DNA of 16,927 bases. Source: Deinococcales bacterium. Lineage in GTDB: Bacteria; Deinococcota; Deinococci; Deinococcales; JAAFIG01. The number at the start of each line of letters is the position of its first letter. Position 1 is the stretch's first letter. The stretch is taken from the NCBI GenBank assembly GCA_031414595.1, contig JANNVX010000028.1:1-16927 (forward strand), written 5' to 3'. The position numbers and the translations under genes were made by a program. Positions 1 through 9,546 of this stretch are shown here, piece by piece. A model generated the notes under the pieces. That model was not told the DNA's origin. It was given only the letters and a program-made list of their open reading frames with translations, and made no database searches.

Positions 1-451
1 AACTAAAACCAAGTTTGAATTCATCAATACTGCCACATTTAATCTGGAATTTTGTGTTTCTTAATTGCAGTAGTTCATTTTGATGTTGGTGTTCAGCACG
101 TAAAGCTCGAGTATCACTCCAATCGTCTCGAGTGTCAGGAACGATTGGATACCCTAGAACTTGAGCGATTTCGTTTTGACATGATTGATTGACTTGATGA
201 ATGTTGAGAATCGTAAAGAGCGCTTGTATAACTCCTGAGTACCATTTGCTACGATGAACTCCTGCTGGGTATATACTGGGTAGTGCTTGATGGCATTGAC
301 TGCATCTGTATCGTTGTATTCGTATAATTCTAGTTCCATTCAAATGACGGTTTTTGCAGGTGTAACTGCCTCTACTTTCTTGAGTGCTTTGTTGATGACA
401 ATGAGGGCAGAAAATGCGTATACTGGGTTGGGGAGTGGTTTTTGTTGGCAT
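1..451 (-). mobile_element. Putative IS transposase (N-terminal zinc ribbon plus start of a DDE domain), truncated by the left window edge
   Basis: Manual minus-strand translation from ATG 451 is open to base 2 (150 codons): MPTKTTPQPSIRIFCPHCHQQ...IQRYRCSQCHQ...EIAQVLGYP...KCGSIDEFKLGFS. CPxC...QRYRCxxC followed by an 'IDE' motif resembles IS1/IS6/IS1595-type transposases. Absent from the ORF track because there is no stop in the window. AT-richer than neighbouring genes. Confidence 0.65.
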
Positions 452-570
452 AAACCTAGATTACTCCCTACTTTTTTGGTCAACACACTTTTACCCCTAT
501 CTCCACTCGAGCCACAAAAAAACTCAGTATCTTCGAGGTGTGAAGCTCAAAGATGCCTGCTCTAAAAACC

Positions 571-3015
571 TTATCCCTTGACCACAATGTTCACCAAACG
601 CCCAGTGATATAAATTTCTTTAACTGTTTCTTTGCCGTCCACATATGGCTTGATGCTCTCGAGTCCTCGAGCCAGAGCAATCGCTTCGGCACTGCTGATA
701 TTGCTTGGTGCTTCGGTTTTTCCGCGCAACTTGCCATTGACTTGAACCACCAATTCAAAACTGTCCTTGACCAGTTTACTCGGGTCAAAACTGCGCCAAT
801 GTTCCAAATGCACACTGCTTGTATGCCCTGTCTTATTCCAGATTTCCTCGGCGATGTGTGGCGCATATGGGGCAAGCATGGTGTTAAAAGTCTCGAGCGC
901 AGTTTTCCATTCGGGGGTGTTGTAGACAGGGCTGCGTTTGGCTTTGCCTAAGAAATTACTTAACTCCATCATTGCTGCAATACTGGTATTGAACTTAAAA
1001 AGCTCGGTGTCTTCAGTCACTTTTTTCAGGGCGTAGTTAATCGCATACTCGAGGTCGGACAGACTGGTTGTTTCGTCGCTTCGGTCTGGTTGGTCAAAAA
1101 ATAAACTCCAGACACGCCCGAGCCAATTGGCAAGACCGTTTACGCCTTTGGGTGCCCACGGTCCACCTTGATCCCAAGGTCCAATAAATTGTAAGTAAAG
1201 ACGTACTGTATCTGTGCCGTATTCCCCGACCAAATTCTCAGGGTCTACAACATTGCCCCTAGACTTGCTCATTTTCTCATTGTCTTCGCCCAGAATAATT
1301 CCTTGGTTCATTAAGCGCGTAAAAGGTTCACCGAAGTCAATCAAGCCAAGGTCACGCATCGCTTTTGTCCAGAATCGAGCGTACAGCAAATGCAGAATCG
1401 CATGTTCAATCCCACCCGTGTACCAGTCGGCAGGACCCCATTTATTGACCAGTTCTTGGTTAATCGCACTTGTGGAATTCTTAGGGTCAAGAAAACGGTA
1501 ATAGTACCAACTCGAGTCTACAAACGTATCCATTGTGTCGGTATCACGCACGGCTGCCCCGCCGCACTTTGGGCAGATACAATTCTTCCAATTCTCGAGT
1601 AAGGTTAAAGGACTTTGACCGGTTGGTAAAAACTCTGGGTTCTCAGGCAGTAAAATCGGTAAATCCTCTTCTGGCACAGGAACTTGTCCGCAATCTGGGC
1701 AGTAAATAATTGGAATTGGTGTTCCCCAGTAGCGCTGCCTAGAAATTAGCCAGTCACGCAGCCTGAAGGTAGTTTTAGCTTTGCCTTTACCCGTATTCTC
1801 GAGTTCAGTCAGCATTCGGGCTTTGGCTTCTGTAACCCGTAAGCCATTTAAGAAATCCGAGTTAATGGCAACACCATCGCCAGTAAATGGTTTATTTTCA
1901 TCCCAGTCTGATGGGGTTTGTACAGTACGAATAATCTCGAGACCAAATTTTTTGGCAAAATCCCAATCGCGGGCATCTTGGGCTGGCACGCCCATAATGC
2001 TGCCCGTGCCGTATGTCACCAACACATAATCGGAAATAAAAATTGGGATTTCTTGACCTGTAAATGGGTTGGTGGCATATGACCCCAAGAACACCCCAGT
2101 TTTTTCTTTACCTTCGGCGGTACGGTCAATATCCGAAGCGAGTTTTGCCGCCGCTTGATAGGCACTGACTTCCGCCAGTTTATCGGGCTTGGTCAATGCC
2201 CCTACCATTGGATGTTCGGGCGCAAGTACCATAAAGGTCGCGCCAAAAACTGTATCGGCTCGAGTCGTAAAAACCGTTAAAGTACCGACTGGTGTTGCAA
2301 AATCGAGTTCTGCGCCAACGCTTTTACCAATCCAATTGGTTTGCATGACCCGAACTTTTTCTGTCCACTCGAGACCATCAAAATTCAGTAACTCTTCGGC
2401 ATAATCGGTGATTTTCATGTGCCATTGGCTCATTAAACGGCGTTCAATCAGCGCTCCAGACCTATCGCCACGCCCATCTATGACTTGTTCATTGGCAAGT
2501 ACAGTGTTATCCACCGGGTCCCAGTTGACAAAGGATTCTTTTTTATACGCCAAGCCCTTTTTGTAGAACTGCACAAAAAACCATTGATTCCATTTGTAAT
2601 ACTCGGGGTCGCAAGTTTTTAATTCAGTCGTTTCCCAATCAATCATTGTTCCCATGCGCTTAAATTGACTGGTCATGTACTCGATGTTGCTGTATGTCCA
2701 CTTGGCAGGGTCAATGTTATTTTTAATCGCCGCATTCTCGGCAGGCAAACCAAAAGCATCAAAACCCATTGGGAACAGCACTTCAAAACCTTTCATTCGC
2801 ATAAAACGCGCTCTGGTATCAGGAATAGAAAACGCGTACCAATGTCCAATATGCAAATTACCGCTTGGATACGGGAACATGGTCGGCATGTAGTGCTTGG
2901 GTTTACTCGAGTGCAAATCGGTTTTGTAGAGCTTAGTGGTTTCCCAGTGTTCACGCCAACGCGGTTCGACTTCGTGTGGGTTGTACTTTTCTAAACGTTG
3001 TTTTTCTTCGGTCAT
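571..3015 (-). CDS. leuS: Leucine--tRNA ligase
   Basis: MFPYPSG-LHIGH (HIGH), [33 protein letters not shown] and C-terminal VQVNGKLR. Start moved to ATG 3015 (MTEEKQ), which follows a GAGGA SD; the ORF-track start at 3069 lies inside the terminator hairpin. Confidence 0.98.
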   Translation of the reverse strand: MTEEKQRLEKYNPHEVEPRWREHWETTKLYKTDLHSSKPKHYMPTMFPYPSGNLHIGHWYAFSIPDTRARFMRMKGFEVLFPMGFDAFGLPAENAAIKNNIDPAKWTYSNIEYMTSQFKRMGTMIDWETTELKTCDPEYYKWNQWFFVQFYKKGLAYKKESFVNWDPVDNTVLANEQVIDGRGDRSGALIERRLMSQWHMKITDYAEELLNFDGLEWTEKVRVMQTNWIGKSVGAELDFATPVGTLTVFTTRADTVFGATFMVLAPEHPMVGALTKPDKLAEVSAYQAAAKLASDIDRTAEGKEKTGVFLGSYATNPFTGQEIPIFISDYVLVTYGTGSIMGVPAQDARDWDFAKKFGLEIIRTVQTPSDWDENKPFTGDGVAINSDFLNGLRVTEAKARMLTELENTGKGKAKTTFRLRDWLISRQRYWGTPIPIIYCPDCGQVPVPEEDLPILLPENPEFLPTGQSPLTLLENWKNCICPKCGGAAVRDTDTMDTFVDSSWYYYRFLDPKNSTSAINQELVNKWGPADWYTGGIEHAILHLLYARFWTKAMRDLGLIDFGEPFTRLMNQGIILGEDNEKMSKSRGNVVDPENLVGEYGTDTVRLYLQFIGPWDQGGPWAPKGVNGLANWLGRVWSLFFDQPDRSDETTSLSDLEYAINYALKKVTEDTELFKFNTSIAAMMELSNFLGKAKRSPVYNTPEWKTALETFNTMLAPYAPHIAEEIWNKTGHTSSVHLEHWRSFDPSKLVKDSFELVVQVNGKLRGKTEAPSNISSAEAIALARGLESIKPYVDGKETVKEIYITGRLVNIVVKG

Positions 3016-3052
3016 AAGTTCCTCAAAATTGATTTGGAAAGAAGGCGAAAAT

Positions 3053-3083
3053 AAAAAAGCCCCAGACATAACACTGGGGCTTT
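3053..3083 (-). terminator. Attenuator intrinsic terminator upstream of leuS
   Basis: Minus strand reads AAAGCCCCAG-tgttatgt-CTGGGGCTTTTTT: GC-rich stem followed by a U-tract, about 40 nt before the leuS start. Confidence 0.85.
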
Positions 3084-3116
3084 ACTCGAGCAGATAATTT
3101 AATCGAGTAAAGCCCC
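3076..3116 (-). promoter_or_regulatory. Antiterminator hairpin of the leuS attenuator
   Basis: Perfect 14-bp inverted repeat GGGGCTTTACTCGA / TCGAGTAAAGCCCC. Its 3' arm overlaps the terminator 5' arm (AAAGCCCC), so the two are mutually exclusive. Confidence 0.8.
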
Positions 3117-3143
3117 TAATAGTGGTAGTCCAGAGCGGATCAT
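3099..3143 (-). CDS. Leu-rich leader peptide (MIRSGLPLLGALLD), probably leaderless
   Basis: ATG ATC CGC TCT GGA CTA CCA CTA TTA GGG GCT TTA CTC GAT TAA: 5 of 14 codons are Leu, directly upstream of leuS, overlapping the antiterminator 5' arm. Confidence 0.8.
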   Translation of the reverse strand: MIRSGLPLLGALLD

Positions 3144-3149
3144 GGATTT

Positions 3150-3179
3150 AGTTTAGCCCACCCAAGGCGGGTTGGTCAA
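3150..3179 (-). promoter_or_regulatory. Sigma70-type promoter for the leuS leader
   Basis: TTGACC (3179-3174), 18 nt, TAAACT (3155-3150), 6 nt, ATG (3143). No SD. Confidence 0.7.
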
Positions 3180-3182
3180 TCG

Positions 3183-4577
3183 TTACTGCACGGCTGCCAA
3201 GGCATCCACCAAACCAGACCCGCAACCTTCTGGGCATTGGCTGCTCGAAAGTGGTGTGGCTGTGGTTTTTAATTTACTGAGAATCTGGGCTGGGGTCAGA
3301 CTTGGATTACGCGCCAACATCAAACTGACCAAACCCGCTACGTGCGGTGTTGCCATGCTTGTGCCTTGGTAATACTGATAAATGTAACTCGAGCCATTGC
3401 TGTTTTTTAAGGTAGATAACACACCATCGTCTTTGATGCCATTGCCGTTGGTATCGGTTTGGGTATCGCCCCCGGGGGCAGCGACATCAATATCCGGTCC
3501 AAAATTACTGTAATAGGCTCGGCTGTTATTGCGGTTCAAGGCGGCTACGGTGATGGTGTTGTTACAAGAAGCAGGGGTGTAGGAACGGGTGTCTTTATTG
3601 CTGTTACCTGCTGCCACCACCACCGAAGCGCCTCGGGCGGTGACATCGTTAATCGCATTTTGTGTAGCCGTGTCGTTGGTGGCACAGGTTTGTCCAGCAC
3701 TCAGGCTGCCACCTAAGCTCATGTTGATTACTTTGGCAGGGTTGGCATTGGCTGGAACTCCAGACACGCTCATTCCAGCCGACCAACGAATCGCATCTAT
3801 AATATCGGCGGTGCTACCACCGCATTTGCCCAGTACCCGAACAGGTAAAATACGGGCATTCCAATTGACCCCAGCCACGCCCACACCGTTGTTGGTGCTT
3901 GCCCCAATTGTACCAGCCACATGCGTACCATGCCAAGAATTAGGATAATTGTACGGAGCGCAATAACCACCATCGCCTGTATCGGTTGCATCGGAATCGC
4001 GTCCACTGCGATCATTGGCTGTGGTTCTTGAACTGATAAAGTCATAACCACCGACCCAACGCGCCACCAAATCAGGGTGATTGGTTTTGCCTGTGTCTAG
4101 CACTGCCACAATCGGGCTACCGCTCCCCGTGGTTAAATCCCAAGCCTGCGGTAATTTCATTGCCCCGTAATGCCATTGATTAACGTAACTTGGGTCGTTG
4201 GGAACTGCCATTGGGTAATACAAATAGTTGGGTTGTGCAAATTCAACATCGGCTCGAGCTTGTAAGCGTTGCAACACCAATTCCAGACTGCTGGCACTTT
4301 GGGTACTGATTCCACTCGAGAAGCCATACAACACTTCGCCACCACTGATATTGCGCTGAGCCGTCAAACTCGCACCCGCCACAGCTAAGTTGGCAGGGGC
4401 AAGGGAATTATTTTTGAAACGCACAATCACTTCGCCTTCAATAAACTGAGGACGATTCTCGAGATTCGAGACTTGATCCATGCTCGGTTGATTGCTCTGC
4501 TCGAGCGTAACCCCGTTACAAGCGACAATAAAAGCTGTGAGAATGCTGGAAATACCTAGGATTTGCCATTGCTTCAT
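3183..4577 (-). CDS. Subtilisin-family (S8) serine protease, predicted lipoprotein
   Basis: Catalytic motifs VLDTG, HGTHVAG and GTSMATPHVAG; oxyanion motif AAGN; N-terminal hydrophobic stretch ending in a lipobox-like FIVAC; prodomain. Start ATG 4577 follows a GGAGG SD. Confidence 0.93.
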   Translation of the reverse strand: MKQWQILGISSILTAFIVACNGVTLEQSNQPSMDQVSNLENRPQFIEGEVIVRFKNNSLAPANLAVAGASLTAQRNISGGEVLYGFSSGISTQSASSLELVLQRLQARADVEFAQPNYLYYPMAVPNDPSYVNQWHYGAMKLPQAWDLTTGSGSPIVAVLDTGKTNHPDLVARWVGGYDFISSRTTANDRSGRDSDATDTGDGGYCAPYNYPNSWHGTHVAGTIGASTNNGVGVAGVNWNARILPVRVLGKCGGSTADIIDAIRWSAGMSVSGVPANANPAKVINMSLGGSLSAGQTCATNDTATQNAINDVTARGASVVVAAGNSNKDTRSYTPASCNNTITVAALNRNNSRAYYSNFGPDIDVAAPGGDTQTDTNGNGIKDDGVLSTLKNSNGSSYIYQYYQGTSMATPHVAGLVSLMLARNPSLTPAQILSKLKTTATPLSSSQCPEGCGSGLVDALAAVQ

Positions 4578-4694
4578 ATAACCTCCCAATGAATTGTGAA
4601 TTGTTGGTGCAGTAGATTACAGCATAAGTTACCGTTTTCGCTACTCGAGGAAAAATCAATAAAATTGTCACAGGCTTTTTATAGAATGTAAGCA

Positions 4695-5897
4695 ATGTGG
4701 CGTTGGTTGGCAATTATTATCGTCTTGGGATTGTACTTGGTGTTTCGCCCAAGTGTCGCGCCATGGTTAATTTGGCTGGGTTTTCTAGGAGCATTGCTAT
4801 GGTTTTTGTACCGCCCAGCCCCTAAAATCGAGGTGCTGCGAATTCTCGAGACGGCGAAAACGTTTACCGAAGAAGCCGTGGCAATTCGGCTCGAGGTGCG
4901 GGTTTCAAGTTGGCTGCCAATGCTTTTGACGCTATCGGAAAACGTCCCTTTGACTTTAATTCCAGACCGCAATGTCGGTTTAAGTGGTTTATTTTGGGGC
5001 AATAGTTCGCACCGTCTCGAGTACCGTGTTTCGCCAAATATGCGTGGTGAATTTAATTTCCCGCCACTGGGCTTAAATTGGAGCGACCCACTGGGCTTAT
5101 TTTTTCGCTTTTGTAAAATACCAGCCAATTCCAGCACATTATTGGTTTACCCGGGCTTACATGCGCTTGAATTACCTGATTTGGTACGTCCACTATTGGC
5201 AGATGGTCCTCGGGCGAAGGTCTTTGGTCTCGAGGATGCGCTTTCCTTGCGTGGGGTCAGGGATTACGTGCCGGGTGATGAGTTGCGCCGTGTTCATTGG
5301 AAACAAACCGCTCGCTTTGGCACAGACAATGGGCGGTACTTGCGGTTGGTGGTACGAGAATACGAACAAGTGGCGGCGACTGGGGTGCATGTTCACCTTG
5401 ATTTAAGTTCTAAAGGCAGGGTCGGCGAAATTTTCTTAGAAAGTGCCACCCGCCTCGCTGCCAGTTTACTCCGCAGCGCCCACACCCAAAATTTGCGGGT
5501 CAGTGTTTCTAGTGCTTTAGCCAGCACCGAAAGCGGCTCGAGTTTTCTAGCTTTGGAACGCACACTGGTTTTACTTGCCACCCTAAAACTCGAGCCAGAC
5601 GCACCTTTATCTGTGCCGTTGCCCGAAGCTGGAGCGAACCTGATTTTAATTACCGAACGCGCCCCCAGTGACCTCATCACTGGCGCAATTCAGGCTCGTG
5701 CCAGAGCCGCGAGGGTTTTGGTGATTGCCATGCCCGAAGGGTTTTACCTCGAGCCGGGCGAATCGGGGCGAGCCGTCCATCACGCGCCACCAGACGAAGT
5801 GCGTGACTTACAAAACAAAGCTGGGGTTCTCGAGGAAGCTGGGGTGCGGGTTGTGGTGCTGCGCGGGGATGACAGTGTGCTTAAGTTAATATCTTAG
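4695..5897 (+). CDS. DUF58 domain-containing membrane protein
   Basis: Two N-terminal hydrophobic helices; DPLGLF, LLVYP and RDYVPGDELRRVHWKQTAR motifs typical of DUF58. TAGAAT lies 7 nt before the ATG. Confidence 0.85.
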   Translation: MWRWLAIIIVLGLYLVFRPSVAPWLIWLGFLGALLWFLYRPAPKIEVLRILETAKTFTEEAVAIRLEVRVSSWLPMLLTLSENVPLTLIPDRNVGLSGLFWGNSSHRLEYRVSPNMRGEFNFPPLGLNWSDPLGLFFRFCKIPANSSTLLVYPGLHALELPDLVRPLLADGPRAKVFGLEDALSLRGVRDYVPGDELRRVHWKQTARFGTDNGRYLRLVVREYEQVAATGVHVHLDLSSKGRVGEIFLESATRLAASLLRSAHTQNLRVSVSSALASTESGSSFLALERTLVLLATLKLEPDAPLSVPLPEAGANLILITERAPSDLITGAIQARARAARVLVIAMPEGFYLEPGESGRAVHHAPPDEVRDLQNKAGVLEEAGVRVVVLRGDDSVLKLIS

Positions 5898-5898
5898 A

Positions 5899-6792
5899 AT
5901 GCCCAAGGATTTTGAGATTTTTGATGATCGTTTCTTAGCGCTTTTGCTGCCAGACAGTCAACTCGAGCAATTAGCCACTGGCACGATTTGGGGCGAAGGA
6001 CCAGCTTATTTTGATGACAGTTTAATCTGGAGTGATATTCCCAATAATCGGTTAATGCGTTGGTCGGCTAAAGATGGTAGCAACGAATTTCTTAAACCAG
6101 CCCATTTTCAAAACGGACACACCCTAGACCAGACTGGGCGTTTACTGGCTTGTTCGCATGGTTTACGGGCAGTTGTGCGGCTCGAGACAGACGGGACTTG
6201 GCAAGTGCTGATAGATTCCCACCAAGGCAAAAAACTCAATTCCCCTAACGATTTGGTAGTTAAATCTGACGGCACAATTTGGTTTAGCGACCCGTCTTAT
6301 GGACTGATTCAACCAAGCGAAGGTTACGGCGGGGTTCAGGAACAGGCTGGCTGTTATGTCTACCGTTTTGACCCAGAAACCCAAGAATTAACGGCGGTGA
6401 TTACCGACATGACCATGCCAAATGGTCTGGCGTTTTCTTTGGATGAAAAAACCTTGTATGTCTCGGATACATCTCGGTCTAACGACCCAAAGGGCAATCA
6501 TCACATCAAAGCCTATCGTGTAACAGAACAGCATGATTGTGTGGATGGTCGTGTTTTTGCGGTGATTGAACCGGGTTTACCTGATGGTTTTCGCTTAGAC
6601 CAGCAAGGTTGGATTTTTACCAGTTCGGGCGATAGTGTGCAAGTTTTTACACCAGATGGTGTGCTGCTCGGTAAAATTCTTGTTCCAGAAACAATTGGCA
6701 ACCTCACCTTTGGCGGTATTGCCAAAAACCGCCTGTTTATTGTCGCCTCGAGCAGCCTATACGCCATCACCTTGAATACCAAAGGTGTCTAG
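5899..6792 (+). CDS. SMP-30/gluconolactonase/LRE family protein
   Basis: WGEGP, WSDIP, LNSPND, WFSDP, PNGLAFS and PDG beta-propeller motifs. Confidence 0.92.
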   Translation: MPKDFEIFDDRFLALLLPDSQLEQLATGTIWGEGPAYFDDSLIWSDIPNNRLMRWSAKDGSNEFLKPAHFQNGHTLDQTGRLLACSHGLRAVVRLETDGTWQVLIDSHQGKKLNSPNDLVVKSDGTIWFSDPSYGLIQPSEGYGGVQEQAGCYVYRFDPETQELTAVITDMTMPNGLAFSLDEKTLYVSDTSRSNDPKGNHHIKAYRVTEQHDCVDGRVFAVIEPGLPDGFRLDQQGWIFTSSGDSVQVFTPDGVLLGKILVPETIGNLTFGGIAKNRLFIVASSSLYAITLNTKGV

Positions 6793-6824
6793 TTGCCTGT
6801 GCCAATTTGCAGTAATCTAAGCAC

Positions 6825-7661
6825 ATGACTGGAAAAACTGTGGTGGTGACAGGGGCAAGCAATGGAATTGGTTTTATAACCGCGCTTGAATTGGCAAAGC
6901 TGGGCGCAAGGGTACTGATGGTGGTGCGGAACGAAGCCAAAGGCAAGGCGAGTCTCGAGACGATCAAAGCTCAAACAGGGCAGACTCCTGAGTTGTTTGT
7001 AGCCGATTTATCGCTGGTGGCGCAAGCCCGCCGTGCGGCTGAAGAAATCAAGGCAGCTGCCCCTAAAATTGATGTCTTGGTCAATAATGCGGGTGGGATT
7101 TTTACCGAACGGCTCGAGACCAGTGAAGGGCTAGAAATGACTTTTGCGCTCAATCATATGGCGTATTTTGTACTGACTACCGCTCTGCTTGATAACTTAA
7201 AAGTGGCTGGCTCGGCTCGAGTCGTCAGTGTTGCAAGTAATGCCCATAGTATGGCGCGGATTCGTTGGGACGATTTGCAGCTCAAGCAAAAATTTACTGG
7301 TTCGGTGGCGTATGGGAATTCTAAATTGATGAATATTTTATTTAGTAACGAACTATCGCGGCTGCTCGAGGGAACAAGTGTCACCAGCAACGCGCTTCAT
7401 CCGGGTGTGGTGGCAACTGGTTTTGCCCAAAATGCAAGTGGGGCTTGGAAATGGTTTTTTAGTTTAGCCAAACCGTTTTTGGTCACGCCAGAAAAAGGGG
7501 CGCAGACCAGTATTTACCTAGCCTCGAGCAAAGAAATCGAAAGTGCCACGGGTTTGTACTGGGATAAAAAACGTCCAGTGCAACCCAGTGCCGCCGCGCT
7601 TGACCAAACCAGCCAAAAGCATTTGTGGCTCGAGTCAGAACGGATTCTAGCAAGCCTGTAA
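6825..7661 (+). CDS. Short-chain dehydrogenase/reductase (retinol dehydrogenase-like)
   Basis: TGASNGIG, VLVNNAG, YGNSK (YxxxK), LHPGVVAT. TAATCT lies 6 nt before the ATG. Confidence 0.92.
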   Translation: MTGKTVVVTGASNGIGFITALELAKLGARVLMVVRNEAKGKASLETIKAQTGQTPELFVADLSLVAQARRAAEEIKAAAPKIDVLVNNAGGIFTERLETSEGLEMTFALNHMAYFVLTTALLDNLKVAGSARVVSVASNAHSMARIRWDDLQLKQKFTGSVAYGNSKLMNILFSNELSRLLEGTSVTSNALHPGVVATGFAQNASGAWKWFFSLAKPFLVTPEKGAQTSIYLASSKEIESATGLYWDKKRPVQPSAAALDQTSQKHLWLESERILASL

Positions 7662-7662
7662 G

Positions 7663-8667
7663 ATGAGACAGGCTTTACTCTCTTGGTACGACGCTTCTGC
7701 TCGAGTCTTGCCGTGGCGCACAGCCAAAGCGGGTTCTCGAGATGCTTACCATGTTTGGCTATCCGAGATTTTACTGCAACAAACCCAAGTTTCTCGAGGG
7801 GTGCTGTATTTCGAGCGTTTCTTAGGGGTTTTCCCAACTGTGCAGGATTTGGCGACTGCACCACTCGACACGGTACTGAAACTCTGGGAAGGGGCTGGTT
7901 ACTATGCCAGAGCCAGAAATCTGCACCGAGCCGCCCAAATCATGGCTCAAAATGGTTTGCCAAATTCAAGTATGGCATGGCTCGAGTTACCGGGGGTCGG
8001 GCGTTACACGGCTGCCGCAATTGCCAGTTTGTCGGGGAATGAAGCTGTTGCCGCCGTGGATGGCAATGTACGGCGGGTTTTGGCTCGGCTGCACAACAGC
8101 TTAAACCCACCAGACCCTTGGTTGTGGGAAACTGCCCAAGCCTTACTCGAGCCAACCCGAGCGGGTGCTTGGAACGAAGCCCTGATTGAATTGGGGGCGT
8201 TAATCTGTGTGCCTAAAAAACCACGCTGTCTCGAGTGTCCGATGTCTGGGTTTTGCCAAGCCTTCAAAGCCCAAACCGTCAACCATGTGCCAAAACCAAA
8301 GCCACGTGCCAAAGTCAAAACTGTTCAAGCGGTGGCTTTGCTGCTGCATCAGCAACAGCATGTCTGGCTCGAGTTACGCCCCAAAAATGGTTTATTGGGT
8401 GGGTTGTATGGTGTACCGCTCGAGCCAGTCCAAACCACGGTTTTAGCTGCCCTCGAGCTACTTTGTCAAAAGTTTGCTGTACCAAACCAAGCTGTGTATC
8501 TTGGCAGTGTCTCGCACACCATGACCCACCGCCAATTTGAAATTGAGGTTTTTGCACTCGAGTCTAAGCAGCCTGATTTGGTCTTACCTGCGTCTCGAGC
8601 GATTGCTAATTTGGATCGTAAAATCCTTGTCTTACTCGAGCGGGGTTTGTTCGTCACGCCTTCTTAG
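7663..8667 (+). CDS. mutY: A/G-specific adenine DNA glycosylase
   Basis: LPWR, VWLSEILLQQTQV, GYYARARNLH, HhH LPGVGRYTA, VDGNVRRV, 4Fe-4S motif C-x6-C-x2-C-x5-C, and a C-terminal NUDIX-like region (GLLGGLY, HTMTH). Confidence 0.95.
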   Translation: MRQALLSWYDASARVLPWRTAKAGSRDAYHVWLSEILLQQTQVSRGVLYFERFLGVFPTVQDLATAPLDTVLKLWEGAGYYARARNLHRAAQIMAQNGLPNSSMAWLELPGVGRYTAAAIASLSGNEAVAAVDGNVRRVLARLHNSLNPPDPWLWETAQALLEPTRAGAWNEALIELGALICVPKKPRCLECPMSGFCQAFKAQTVNHVPKPKPRAKVKTVQAVALLLHQQQHVWLELRPKNGLLGGLYGVPLEPVQTTVLAALELLCQKFAVPNQAVYLGSVSHTMTHRQFEIEVFALESKQPDLVLPASRAIANLDRKILVLLERGLFVTPS

Positions 8668-8691
8668 AAAAAGTGGTTGTAGAATAGGTCT

Positions 8692-9501
8692 GTGCGTGGT
8701 TCTCTTGGGGTTTTTAACTTACTGGATTTGTTGCAGCTTTTATCGCAGAATCAGTCAAAGGGTTGTTTGGTAATTTATCACCCTTCTGAACGTGAAGGAC
8801 GGGTATTTTTTGATTCTGGTCGGATAACCCATGTGGCATTTGGTACGTCTACTGATGCCGAAGCGCTGCATGTGATGCTCAAAGACGAACGCGGCAATTT
8901 TGAATTTCAGCCGTCCAAAGCCCCTGCCAAAAAAACCATTGACCAAGCCTTTGATAACCTGATGCTTGAGGTGATTCGTGGTTTAGACGACGGCGCAAGT
9001 ACCATCGAAAAACAAATTCCAATCCCCGAAGAACTTGATACGCCAAGAATTCTTGATGTCACCAGAGTTAGTGCCTTAACCATGTCCGCCGATGAATTTG
9101 CAGTGGTGCAACTGATTGACGGCGAGCGCTCGGTGGTGACGATTTCCAAAGCTACTTCGCAACCGCTCGAGTATGTCCAGAAAACCTTGGTTCGGCTTGC
9201 CAGTATGGGTTTACTTGAAATCAATAAACGCAAAGCTCGAGTGGCACGGCTGGTGGTTGGGTTATCAAGGGAAATGACAGGGATGCAGGTCTGTGTGGAC
9301 GATATCATTTTGCGGGCTTGGGACAGGCAACATGGTCGCCCGGTCAAAAAAGTGCGAATGCGCGACGAAGGCGGCAGAGAATTTATTTTTGAAGCCATCA
9401 GTGCGCCAAACCTTGGGGCATATGCGCTTTTTTCTAATAATGCGCTCTCGCGTTTTGATTTGCGGGCTGGTGGTAATGTCTTAGTTAAACCCGAAGTGTA
9501 A
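8692..9501 (+). CDS. DUF4388 (PatA_N-like) domain protein
   Basis: N-terminus MRGSLGVFNLLDLLQLL...G.L...GRVFF.SGRITH...G.FEF matches the DUF4388 pattern; central wHTH-like IDGERSV...L. GTG start 6 nt after TAGAAT. Confidence 0.8.
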   Translation: MRGSLGVFNLLDLLQLLSQNQSKGCLVIYHPSEREGRVFFDSGRITHVAFGTSTDAEALHVMLKDERGNFEFQPSKAPAKKTIDQAFDNLMLEVIRGLDDGASTIEKQIPIPEELDTPRILDVTRVSALTMSADEFAVVQLIDGERSVVTISKATSQPLEYVQKTLVRLASMGLLEINKRKARVARLVVGLSREMTGMQVCVDDIILRAWDRQHGRPVKKVRMRDEGGREFIFEAISAPNLGAYALFSNNALSRFDLRAGGNVLVKPEV

Positions 9502-9546
9502 TGTTTAGGTGTAGACTGTTGTCTAAGTTAATCTGAGGAGACAAGA

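Noticed and set aside
154-339. 61-aa minus-strand ORF, and the 287-565 plus-strand ORF, from the ORF track
   Set aside because: Both overlap the longer transposase-like frame starting at 451, which has recognisable motifs and a -10 box; they have none.
3016-3069. N-terminal extension of LeuS ([10 protein letters not shown]...)
   Set aside because: That ATG lies in the terminator loop without an SD; ATG 3015 has an SD and a typical LeuS N-terminus.
3016-3182. T-box riboswitch upstream of leuS
   Set aside because: No AGGGTGGNACCGCG-like T-box motif and too little room for stem I; a leader-peptide attenuator explains the hairpins.
4695-5897. DUF58 without an adjacent MoxR AAA+ ATPase as a novel system
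   Set aside because: The partner could be elsewhere in the genome; there is no positive evidence of novelty in this window.
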